Part shown: in pieces, positions 46,963-55,573 of the stretch
How positions within the stretch are numbered: the first letter of the stretch is position 1
Layout of the letters: each line of letters begins with the position of its first letter
Source: Candidatus Pacearchaeota archaeon
GTDB taxonomy: Archaea > Nanobdellota > Nanobdellia > Pacearchaeales > GW2011-AR1
DNA length: 64,000 nt
Direction of reading: 5' to 3'
Assembly: GCA_041659265.1 (NCBI GenBank)
Contig: JBAZYP010000003.1
Span: forward strand, 101,221-165,220
Notes under the pieces: model-generated
The model's database searches: none
The model's input: only the letters and a program-made list of their open reading frames with translations
Told to the model about the DNA's origin: nothing
Position numbers and translations under genes: made by a program

Positions 46963-48330
46963 CTATCTCTCCATTTTCCTATAAATCATATTATACGTTG
47001 AAAATGGAATTTTTTTCAAATCTGGTGTTAAGATATGCACACATTCTTTTTGTATGGATTTCATATCAAAATTATATCTATCAACAAAAGAAGTTATACT
47101 TATCCTAAATGTATTATTATTATAATATTCTTTTCTTTCAGATTCTGATTTTTTATCTAATCCTTTAGGAATAAGAAACTTTAATTCACTTAAAAAATTA
47201 AAATAATTACAGCAAGAACCAGAACAACTCTTTAATTTTTCTTTTAATTCATCTGCATTAAAATTAAATGTATTATTTATTATCCCTAAATATTTTTTAG
47301 GATCAAATTTCCTTGTTAAAGGAACAACTCTATTTTTATCCCTGTACATATAATTTACACTGACTCTATCAACATCACAAGGTAGTGGAAAAAAATCACT
47401 TTTTTTTAATAATCCATTAGTTTGTTTTTCTATTTCTGAAATTATTCCAGTTATAGTTATTCTATTTTTTGTATTAATTTCATTTATTCTACCAAAATAA
47501 GCTACGGGTTGAAAATTTATTCCTCTTATTCCAGGCTTATTTAAAGAAAATTCAACTATTTTTCCTATTTCCTTATCATTAACCCCCCTTTCTATTGTAG
47601 AAACAATTGTTATTGGTATCTTATGTTCAATTAAATTAGTCATTGCTTTTAATTTCATTTCAATAATATTTTTCCCTCTTAATTTTTTTGTTGCAATATC
47701 ATCAAAACCATCAAATTGCAAATATATTTCAAAACCTGATTTAAATTTAGCTAGTTCATTAACAAATTCCTTATCCTGTGAAATTCTTAACCCATTTGTA
47801 TTAAGCATTACATACTTGAATTTTTTTTCAAGAGCCATTTTAATTATTTTTAATATATCTTTATGCATGGTTGGTTCTCCACCAGATATCTGTAAGACTT
47901 CTGCAGAATTATTTTCACTTGTTTGATAAAAATCCATCATTTTTTCTAATATCTTTAAATCTAAATAATTCTTTTTTCCAGAATTAGCATAACATACTGG
48001 ACAATTTAAGTCACAATCATTAGTTACTTCAATTAAACCAATGCAAGTGTGCTGATCATGACTATTGCATAAACCGCAATCATAAGGACAACCCCTAACT
48101 ATTTTTGTCTGGATTAGGCTTTTTGTTCCAGGTTTAGTATATTCATTTCTCGTTTTGTAATAATTACTATCCTCTTCCAATAGTTCTTCATGTTCACCAT
48201 GTGTAAAACAATGTTTTAAAACAAATATTTTACCTTCTTTTTCAATAATCTTTCCAGGGATTCTTTTTTCACATATTGAACAAAGAGTTGTAGTTGATTC
48301 TAAAAACAAATATCCTCTTTCTCTATCCAT
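46963..48330 (-). CDS. Radical SAM enzyme with an N-terminal Cys/His zinc-ribbon-like region and a C-terminal Cys cluster
   Basis: CxxxCxxC at TNDCDLNCPVCYA, followed by QISGGEPT (SAM glycine-rich motif). N-terminal CSICEK ... HCFTH. C-terminal CSGSCC. Confidence 0.75.
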   Translation of the reverse strand: MDRERGYLFLESTTTLCSICEKRIPGKIIEKEGKIFVLKHCFTHGEHEELLEEDSNYYKTRNEYTKPGTKSLIQTKIVRGCPYDCGLCNSHDQHTCIGLIEVTNDCDLNCPVCYANSGKKNYLDLKILEKMMDFYQTSENNSAEVLQISGGEPTMHKDILKIIKMALEKKFKYVMLNTNGLRISQDKEFVNELAKFKSGFEIYLQFDGFDDIATKKLRGKNIIEMKLKAMTNLIEHKIPITIVSTIERGVNDKEIGKIVEFSLNKPGIRGINFQPVAYFGRINEINTKNRITITGIISEIEKQTNGLLKKSDFFPLPCDVDRVSVNYMYRDKNRVVPLTRKFDPKKYLGIINNTFNFNADELKEKLKSCSGSCCNYFNFLSELKFLIPKGLDKKSESERKEYYNNNTFRISITSFVDRYNFDMKSIQKECVHILTPDLKKIPFSTYNMIYRKMER

Positions 48331-48389
48331 TATTTTTTATAATAACTGATATTTATAAATTAGATTATAATTTATGTATAATTTTTTCC

Positions 48390-49040
48390 CTAAAATATCC
48401 CTTGATTATATAGCTGATTTATCAAATATTCTTGATCTGGATTATGTTTTAATATAGCTTCTTTAATTTTATCTTTATCAGGAGTTTCAATAACTCCACT
48501 TACAAACTTATCATTTTTTCGAGTTGTTGCAGCATCATAAAAATCAATTACAGATAAGATTCTTGCAGATATCATAATCATGGCTTCAGAACCTTTTGAC
48601 CAGTCTACATCAGGATGAGGAATATGCTCTGGATAACCATGTTCCTGGAACCAGTGATGATATAATAAGACTCTAGCAGAAAAATCATGCACTCCCCTTA
48701 AGATTCTATATCCATCTATTGGATGTTTTTTTAATTCTTTCTTGTCCTTATCATCAAATCCTATTTTTTTCTTTAATGATTTAGGATTTGTTAATGCTTT
48801 ACCTACATCATGCAATAAACCTGGATAAAATAATCCCTTTGGTTCAATAATATGAGTAAATTCAGCAACTTCTTCGCCCTTTAAACCTACTCTAATGGAA
48901 TGTTCATAGGTTTCAATATCTCTATATTTTATCAAGTTTAGATATGTATTTATCGATTCTCTTTGTTCATTAGAAATTTCCAAATATTCATAACTTTTCA
49001 ATAATCTAGCTTCTAAACTATCATTTTCCATATTTTTCAT
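48390..49040 (-). CDS. HD-domain phosphohydrolase (HD-GYP-like)
   Basis: H ... GLLHDVGK (HD motif) and LLYHHWFQEHGYPEH (HH ... GYP). Confidence 0.55.
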   Translation of the reverse strand: MKNMENDSLEARLLKSYEYLEISNEQRESINTYLNLIKYRDIETYEHSIRVGLKGEEVAEFTHIIEPKGLFYPGLLHDVGKALTNPKSLKKKIGFDDKDKKELKKHPIDGYRILRGVHDFSARVLLYHHWFQEHGYPEHIPHPDVDWSKGSEAMIMISARILSVIDFYDAATTRKNDKFVSGVIETPDKDKIKEAILKHNPDQEYLINQLYNQGIF

Positions 49041-49150
49041 AAATATAAACCGCTTTTAAATTTTTCTAAAAATAACCCTTTAAAATCTATTTTTCATTAA
49101 ATATATCTTTATAAATAAAATCTTGTATTTTAGATTATAAAAAAGAGAAA

Positions 49151-50131
49151 ATGTCAGATCACAAAGTTAGTATATTAGCAAATCCTGAAGGAAATGCATG
49201 GGAATATGCAGAAGAGATTTTTAATTACTTAAATAAAAAAGATGATTGCTATGAATTAAATAGGGTGATAATTGAGTCTTTTAGAAATGGAGAAATTAAG
49301 CCCAAGATTGAAGATAATATTAGGGATAGAAAATGTTTCTTTATTCACGATTCAACACTTGATCCTAACAAATGGTTAGCTCAATTATCTCTAATTAACG
49401 AGACAATGCATAATTCTTCATCTTATAATATCACAGATATATTACCTATGTATTTATTTGCAAGACAAGATAGGAAAGATGATTCAAGGGTTCCAAAAAG
49501 TGCAAAAGTTGTTGCAGATATTGCACAAAAATATGGAAATAGATTAATGACATTAGATATTCACTGTCCACAGATAGAACTGGCATTTGATACACCTTTT
49601 GAAAACTTGCCTTCTTATCCAGTGGTATCTTCTTATTTAAAAAAGAATCACCCAAAAATACTCGATGATCTTGTAATTATGAGTCCAGATGAAGGCGGTG
49701 TGAAAAGAGCAGTTGCATTTGGAAAATATTTGCAAAATAATGAACTTGTTGTTGCATATAAAATTAAAGATAAAAATGGAAAAATTATAGATTTAAGGAT
49801 TTTAGGGGATGTTAAAGATAGAAAAGTAATGATGATTGATGATATCGTAGATTCAGGTAATACTTTAATTACAGCTGCAAGAAGAGCAAGAGATCTAGGA
49901 GCAAGTGAAGTTTATGCCTATGCAACTCACGGGTTATTTACTGAAGGTTCAGATAAAGTTACAAGAGAATTTGATAAATTTTTTGTAGGAGACACATTTA
50001 AACAAAAACAAGGAATTAACGCAGAAATTATCAAATTACCCTTATTCATTGGTGAGGCTATATACAGAAATATTACTGGTTTAAGTTTAAGCGAGATGTT
50101 CAGATACGATTTTGTTTTTGATGCAGTTTAA
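49151..50131 (+). CDS. prs: Ribose-phosphate pyrophosphokinase (PRPP synthetase)
   Basis: PRPP-binding loop KVMMIDDIVDSGNTLITAA. Overall Prs length and layout. Confidence 0.8.
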   Translation: MSDHKVSILANPEGNAWEYAEEIFNYLNKKDDCYELNRVIIESFRNGEIKPKIEDNIRDRKCFFIHDSTLDPNKWLAQLSLINETMHNSSSYNITDILPMYLFARQDRKDDSRVPKSAKVVADIAQKYGNRLMTLDIHCPQIELAFDTPFENLPSYPVVSSYLKKNHPKILDDLVIMSPDEGGVKRAVAFGKYLQNNELVVAYKIKDKNGKIIDLRILGDVKDRKVMMIDDIVDSGNTLITAARRARDLGASEVYAYATHGLFTEGSDKVTREFDKFFVGDTFKQKQGINAEIIKLPLFIGEAIYRNITGLSLSEMFRYDFVFDAV

Positions 50132-50217
50132 TCAATGCAGAATTGATAGATTCTGCAGGTCTGTTACTGGTTTAAGTTTAAGCGAGATGTTCAGATACGA
50201 TTTTGTTTTTGATGCAG
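50074..50217. repeat. Two identical 53-bp copies (last 19 codons of prs) separated by a 38-bp spacer containing an 8-bp inverted repeat; period 91 bp
   Basis: TACTGGTTTAAGTTTAAGCGAGATGTTCAGATACGATTTTGTTTTTGATGCAG at 50074 and 50165. The spacer holds TGCAGAAT-tgatag-ATTCTGCA. Confidence 0.75.
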
Positions 50218-50259
50218 ATTAAGAATAAATCAAAAAGGACATTATTTCAAAAATCAATT

Positions 50260-50592
50260 CTATCCTTTGATAATATTACAAATTTTATCTTCTACTTCTT
50301 TAATTTTATTTTTATTAATTTTTCCAGCCTTGTATAGGATTATTGATTCTCTAAGTGTAAATAAGATTGAAGGTTTTATATGACTATTAATTTTTAATCC
50401 GCCATTTGAAAAGTCATTATCTGTTAAATCTATCTGATAAGGATCAGGATGATATTTTGAAGTAATTTGACAAAGAATAATATCTTCTCCTTTTAAATTT
50501 GCAACAACAAGAGCAGGTCTTTTTATTGAAGATTTTAAGTCTGAAAAAGGGAATGGTGTTACAACGACATCACCTTTTACAAATTTTTCCAT
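50260..50592 (-). CDS. mazF: MazF/PemK-family toxin, second copy
   Basis: GDVVVTPFPFSDLKSSIKRPALVVA. Confidence 0.7.
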   Translation of the reverse strand: MEKFVKGDVVVTPFPFSDLKSSIKRPALVVANLKGEDIILCQITSKYHPDPYQIDLTDNDFSNGGLKINSHIKPSILFTLRESIILYKAGKINKNKIKEVEDKICNIIKG

Positions 50593-50786
50593 GCGATTTC
50601 ATCCTCTTTACTTAACCAATTTTTGGAAAGAAGATCTTCATCAGCATAAATATTGGATTTTATGCTTTCAAGTTCTTCAATTCTTTTTTGCACACATCTT
50701 CGGACAAACTCACTCCATTTAATTTCAGAATATTTTCGCATTTTTTTATAAACTTCATCATCAATTGATAATGTAATATTAGTCAT
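50577..50786 (-). CDS. Antitoxin, ribbon-helix-helix-like
   Basis: MTNITLSIDDEVYKKMRKY. Overlaps the toxin start by 16 nt. Confidence 0.45.
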   Translation of the reverse strand: MTNITLSIDDEVYKKMRKYSEIKWSEFVRRCVQKRIEELESIKSNIYADEDLLSKNWLSKEDEIAWKNL

Positions 50787-50793
50787 TCTTTAT

Positions 50794-50809
50794 TAAGTGA
50801 GCTCACTTA
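50794..50809. promoter_or_regulatory. Perfect 16-bp palindrome TAAGTGAGCTCACTTA 8 nt upstream of the antitoxin start. Candidate operator.
   Basis: Read directly. Confidence 0.45.
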
Positions 50810-50921
50810 TTTAAATCTTACGAATAAAAATATTAAGTTAATTTAAAAGATCAATATTTTTTTTATCATTATAAATAATATTATCCCAAACCTTTTTTAA
50901 TACTGCAAAATATATATTATA

Positions 50922-51851
50922 ATGATAAAAAGAGGAAATATTTGCTTAATTATAATTTCAATCATATTACTTATAGCTCTAGTTTCTTCCCAGGACAATT
51001 CAACTGAACTTGAAACTCCTTCAAATATAACTAATTATACAAATGATACTTCAAATATCACCATTGTAAATAACATTACTTCAATTAATATATCAATAAT
51101 TAATTTCTTTCCAACAGAATTTAAAATAGGAGATGCTCAAATTAATATCAGATTATATAACTCTGGAACTATTGAAGCATTAAATTTAATACCAATAGTT
51201 ACTGGAAAGGGATTTTCAACTTACGATGTTAAACCAATAGAATCTCTTGCTCCAAATGGAAAAGATTATTTAATTGTTTTTGGAAATTTTAAGGATTCAG
51301 GAATATTTAATTTAACAATTAAATTAGATGATAAAATATTTTATCAAGAGGTTATTGTTATTGATCCGAATTTAGATACTAAAAAAATTGAAGAAGAAAA
51401 AAAAGAATTATTAAATAATCTTTCAATTAAATTAAAAGATTTAAAAGAAAAATATTCGCTATTAGAAACTGATTATCTAAATAAAAAAGAAAATGAATTC
51501 GATTTAACAAATGTTAATCTAGACCCTTTAAAAAATTACATTAATACAATTGAATACGATATTTATATAGAAAATATTATTGATGGAGAAGCAAAATCAA
51601 GACTCGCTTATAATGAATATGAAAGTCAAAAATCAAAATTATTATCTTCAAAAAAGAAATCATTAATTACAAGAATGAAGGAAAATGCTTTAATTTTTTC
51701 AGCAATTGCAGGTTCATTATTAACATTCTTTGCTCTTTCAGAATTATTAAAAAAGAAAGGTTCTAGTATTCTAGGTTCAGTTAAAGGTAAAGTTGAAAAA
51801 GAAGAAGTAAAAAAGAATTCTAAAAAGAAAATTTCTAAAAAGAAAAAATAA
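50922..51851 (+). CDS. Type I membrane/surface protein (signal peptide, N-x-S/T-rich ectodomain, C-terminal TM + K-rich tail)
   Basis: N-terminal hydrophobic leader and many NxT/NxS sequons. TM ALIFSAIAGSLLTFFAL is followed by KKKGS ... KKKK. Confidence 0.4.
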   Translation: MIKRGNICLIIISIILLIALVSSQDNSTELETPSNITNYTNDTSNITIVNNITSINISIINFFPTEFKIGDAQINIRLYNSGTIEALNLIPIVTGKGFSTYDVKPIESLAPNGKDYLIVFGNFKDSGIFNLTIKLDDKIFYQEVIVIDPNLDTKKIEEEKKELLNNLSIKLKDLKEKYSLLETDYLNKKENEFDLTNVNLDPLKNYINTIEYDIYIENIIDGEAKSRLAYNEYESQKSKLLSSKKKSLITRMKENALIFSAIAGSLLTFFALSELLKKKGSSILGSVKGKVEKEEVKKNSKKKISKKKK

Positions 51852-52062
51852 AATAATTTTTAAAAATAAGTATATACTCGATAAACGTTAAATATATAAA
51901 CTAGTGTTAACTCTAATTAGTATGAAAACAAATAGATCCGGGTCCGATTGGCAAATGAATTCTATTAATTATAGACCGGTCAAATTTATTTGTTTTAAAC
52001 ATACGCTGATTTAAGGTTTCATCATTGTTTCTTAGGCCTTTGAATTTTAGCGGATTTTTACG

Positions 52063-52446
52063 ATGTTACAAAAAAACTACACTGCTTCTGAAACGCATTA
52101 TTTATGCGATGAATGTAGTGAGGCAATTACTAATCCATTATGTCCTTATTGTCTTACTGAAGAAGTTGAAGCTTGGTTAACTCTTTATCCTAATCTAAAG
52201 CATGAGATAAAGCCGCATATAGATAGGTATCTTCACCGTGGATTCATGAATTTCTCGACAATATGTATCAAATGTAGAAATCCTTCTGCATTCCTGTGTC
52301 CATATTGTTTCACAAATCATGTATTAATATCATTAAAGAAAATTAATGCAAGTAAGTTAATATTAAAAGAATTCTTTGATTTCTTTAATTTTGATTTTGA
52401 TCATACCGGTTATACTCATGAAGCAGAGAGGTTAGGAGTAATTTGA
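52063..52446 (+). CDS. Cys-rich zinc-finger protein, 127 aa
   Basis: CDECSE ... CPYCLTEE ... CIKCRN ... CPYCFTNH. Confidence 0.4.
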   Translation: MLQKNYTASETHYLCDECSEAITNPLCPYCLTEEVEAWLTLYPNLKHEIKPHIDRYLHRGFMNFSTICIKCRNPSAFLCPYCFTNHVLISLKKINASKLILKEFFDFFNFDFDHTGYTHEAERLGVI

Positions 52447-52598
52447 TGACAATCAGTTTAAAGTTAAATCCACTAACTCAAATATCTTCGATATTTGATC
52501 TAGTTAAGAGGTTAGGAGTAATATGATAATGTTAAATAAAATTTCAAATTCATCTTCTCAAAAATCAAAAAGATTTTTGATATGTAAGGAGGGAAATC

Positions 52599-52808
52599 AT
52601 GATAGGTAAATGTCCTAGTTGTGGAATTAGTTTAATTACACCACCATTTAATGGAAGAAATACTAATGAAGTTCTTCTGACTTTAGCATATCGTAGAATA
52701 GTTGAAACAAATACTATTCTTAGATCTATTGATGAACTTGGTTATTGTGAATTATGTGATGCTAAATTGAAAGATTTAGAAGAACAAGGTTTAACACTTC
52801 ATATTTAA
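52599..52808 (+). CDS. Small zinc-ribbon protein, 69 aa
   Basis: CPSCG ... CELCD. Confidence 0.35.
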   Translation: MIGKCPSCGISLITPPFNGRNTNEVLLTLAYRRIVETNTILRSIDELGYCELCDAKLKDLEEQGLTLHI

Positions 52809-52829
52809 CATTTTAGTGCTGTAAAACAC

Positions 52830-52879
52830 GTCCAGCTTAGCTATAGCTTTACATCCCAGTTAGTTTAGCTAAGCTGGAC
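52830..52879. repeat. 13-bp perfect inverted repeat (GTCCAGCTTAGCT ... AGCTAAGCTGGAC) with a 24-nt loop, directly after the 52599..52808 gene
   Basis: Read directly. The GCTGGAC core recurs at 52935. Confidence 0.5.
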
Positions 52880-52911
52880 AATTATATTTAACAGTTGTTA
52901 AGTATGTACTT

Positions 52912-53027
52912 CCTAATCAGAATGATTAATCTTCTTAGCTGGACTAGTATATTCATTTAGGTATTTGGAATTAGAGGTCCTAATCACTTTAGTGATTAAT
53001 TTCAAGCGGGTCTAGTATATTCATTTT
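52912..53027. repeat. Two direct repeats of about 47 bp (period 67 bp), each with an internal 6-7 bp palindrome (TAATCA..TGATTA) and ending CTAGTATATTCATTT, in the intergenic region upstream of the GH77 gene
   Basis: Read directly: CCTAATCAGAATGATTAATCTTCTTAGCTGGACTAGTATATTCATTT and CCTAATCACTTTAGTGATTAATTTCAAGCGGGTCTAGTATATTCATTT. Confidence 0.5.
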
Positions 53028-53141
53028 TTATTTAGAATTAACTCTAATCCAGGATGTATTAAGTTCAATTCTAGACCAGGTGATTTTTTATAATCAAAAT
53101 ATATACTAAATATTTATAAGTAGTTTCTAGATATTGAAATT

Positions 53142-54713
53142 ATGACAAAACGAACAAGTGGAATAATCATGCCAATTTTTTCCTTTCCTAGTTCTGATGC
53201 TATTGGAACTTTAACAGATGCTCAAAGATATTTGGGATATATTAAAGAAGCAGGGTTATCAAGAATTCATATTCTTCCAACAAATCCAACTATTGAACAT
53301 GATTCTCCGTTTCAAGGCCCAAGTTTATTGTATGGTAATCCAAATTTAATTAATATAGAAAAATTATTTACTATAGGAGATTTATCACAAAAAGATTTTT
53401 TTTCATATTTAAGCAAATCTTATGAAATAAGCTATAAAGAAAAATCTATAAATTATGGTTTTTTATGGAATGAAAAAATTGGATTTGGTGAAGATACATC
53501 AGGTTTTGAAAATGGTCCCTTAAGAAAGGCCTATCAGGGTTTAATTAAAAATGGTGGAAAGAGATTAGATGAATTTAATGAATTTAAAGCTAAAGAAGGT
53601 AGGGATTTAGAAGATTATTCTGATTTTATGACTTTAAAACAAAAATTAGGATTTTCTTTACAATGGTCAAGTTGGCCTGAAAAATTTAGATTAAGAAAAA
53701 ATGGGTATAGCGAAGAGTTACCTAAAGAAGAAAAAGAATTTTACAAATATGTTCAATTTGTTTTTAATGATCAATTAAAATCTTTATCAAATTCTGCTAA
53801 AGAAAACGAATTAACTTTATCAGGTATAATGCCCTTATATCCTTGTTTTGATTGTGCTGATGTTTGGGCAAATAAAGATTTATTTTTATTAGATGCTTCT
53901 GGTTTTCCTGTAAAAGTAGCATGCGTTCCTCCTGATTTTTTTGAACCAGTTAAAGGTCAATTATGGGGAAATCCCTTATGGAAATATGGAAAACTTAGTT
54001 CCAATAACAAGGAAAAAGTTTATGAGGCCTTTGCTAATCGTTTAGAAAGATTATTAGAAAACTTAGATATAATTGAAATTGATCATTACAGGGGATTAAC
54101 TGCATTTGGTGCAGTTGATTTTGGAGCTTCAGATGCAAGAGATGGTAAATGGATTCAAGGTCCTGGAAATGAATTATTCCATTATTTGGAAGAGAGATTA
54201 GGAAAATCTAGATTACCCTTCGAAGCAGAAGATTTAGGTTTAATTACTCCAAAAGTGCATAGAGATAGAATTAAAATGGGTTATCCAGGTATGAAAGTAT
54301 TTCAAATTGCTAATATAAATGATAAAACTGATATTCATCATCCAGAGCATAATGAACCTAATTCTGTTTATTATCTTGGAACCCATAATAACACCACATT
54401 AAAAGATTTTTTATTTGGAAAAAAAGATAATCTGGAAAGTGGATCTCAGCAAGATTATATAAATTATTTAGAAGCAAATTCATCTGAAGAAGGATATAAT
54501 TGGAAAGCAATTGACGTTGCTTTGTCAACAAAATCCAATACTACTTTATTAACAATATCTGATATAAGAAATTATGGAAATGAAAAAAGATTTAATAGGC
54601 CTGGTTCAGTTGGTTGGTGGAAAGTTAATTTATCTGAAAATGAAATGGAAAAATTCAAGTATGAAGATGCACCTATTTTAAAAGAATTGATTGAACAACA
54701 TAAAAGGATTTAA
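53142..54713 (+). CDS. malQ: 4-alpha-glucanotransferase (amylomaltase, GH77)
   Basis: N-terminal SGIIMPIFSFPSSDAIGTL (equivalent to the GH77 GILLHPTSLPG..GIGD start), the acidic catalytic-region segments of the TIM barrel, and a length of about 520 aa. Confidence 0.7.
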   Translation: MTKRTSGIIMPIFSFPSSDAIGTLTDAQRYLGYIKEAGLSRIHILPTNPTIEHDSPFQGPSLLYGNPNLINIEKLFTIGDLSQKDFFSYLSKSYEISYKEKSINYGFLWNEKIGFGEDTSGFENGPLRKAYQGLIKNGGKRLDEFNEFKAKEGRDLEDYSDFMTLKQKLGFSLQWSSWPEKFRLRKNGYSEELPKEEKEFYKYVQFVFNDQLKSLSNSAKENELTLSGIMPLYPCFDCADVWANKDLFLLDASGFPVKVACVPPDFFEPVKGQLWGNPLWKYGKLSSNNKEKVYEAFANRLERLLENLDIIEIDHYRGLTAFGAVDFGASDARDGKWIQGPGNELFHYLEERLGKSRLPFEAEDLGLITPKVHRDRIKMGYPGMKVFQIANINDKTDIHHPEHNEPNSVYYLGTHNNTTLKDFLFGKKDNLESGSQQDYINYLEANSSEEGYNWKAIDVALSTKSNTTLLTISDIRNYGNEKRFNRPGSVGWWKVNLSENEMEKFKYEDAPILKELIEQHKRI

Positions 54714-55423
54714 TTTATATTTTTTATAAAACTATATTCTTCAGGTAGATCCTTAGATCCGGATTTTCTATCATAACCTTCTAATATTCTTGGAATTCCC
54801 TTGCATTCGCTTATAAAAGAACTGATTATTTCCCTGTTATGGGATTTATAGGTTGGAAAATGTGCATTAGTTGGACTATTGCCACTTATATGTAATTCAG
54901 CTAATCTATCTCCCATAGCATCTTTTAGTTCTCTTGCAAGATTCATAGATGGATCATCATCATAAGCATGCTGGATATCTAAAACAAAATTAAATCCAAA
55001 TTTTCTTTTTATATCATTAAAAAATTTAGGTTCAGACTTATAGCAGATCTTCAAACTCATGTTTTCTATTAATATGGGTAATCCTGATTTTTCAAGAACT
55101 GAATAATCTTTTATTTTATGTGGATGTATTACAATTCCATCGAGTTTAGTCCTTGAATTAATCTCTTTTAATATTCCTATTACTTTTTCACTTTCGGAAT
55201 TATTTCCATAATTTAGATCCCATGGCGCATGAATAGAAACATAATTAAAACTCTTAAGATCTTCTTTTATAACAAAATCAAATACTATACCTTCAAGTTC
55301 TTCAGTTCTTCCAAATCCAAGTTCAATAGCAGTGCAATTTAGTTTTTTAAATAACTTGATCTTCTCTTTTTCTTTTAATGATGAAGAATGCAAAATTCCT
55401 GTAGAGAAACCTATTTTATTCAT
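54710..55423 (-). CDS. Sugar-phosphate isomerase/epimerase-like TIM-barrel protein (xylose isomerase-like fold)
   Basis: MNKIGFSTGIL ... LNCTAIELGFGR ... VSIHAPWD ... IHPH pattern. Confidence 0.45.
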   Translation of the reverse strand: MNKIGFSTGILHSSSLKEKEKIKLFKKLNCTAIELGFGRTEELEGIVFDFVIKEDLKSFNYVSIHAPWDLNYGNNSESEKVIGILKEINSRTKLDGIVIHPHKIKDYSVLEKSGLPILIENMSLKICYKSEPKFFNDIKRKFGFNFVLDIQHAYDDDPSMNLARELKDAMGDRLAELHISGNSPTNAHFPTYKSHNREIISSFISECKGIPRILEGYDRKSGSKDLPEEYSFIKNIN

Positions 55424-55573
55424 GAGAATGAATAAAAATTAGGATTTATAATTATTTATATTCTTTATGCTCTTCTCTGGAAAGAACATTTTTGAATATT
55501 TAATTTAGTTATTAATTCTTAACAATGGAGTTCTTGTTCGAAATTTTAGAACTTCGCTAGCAAAGCTAATTCA

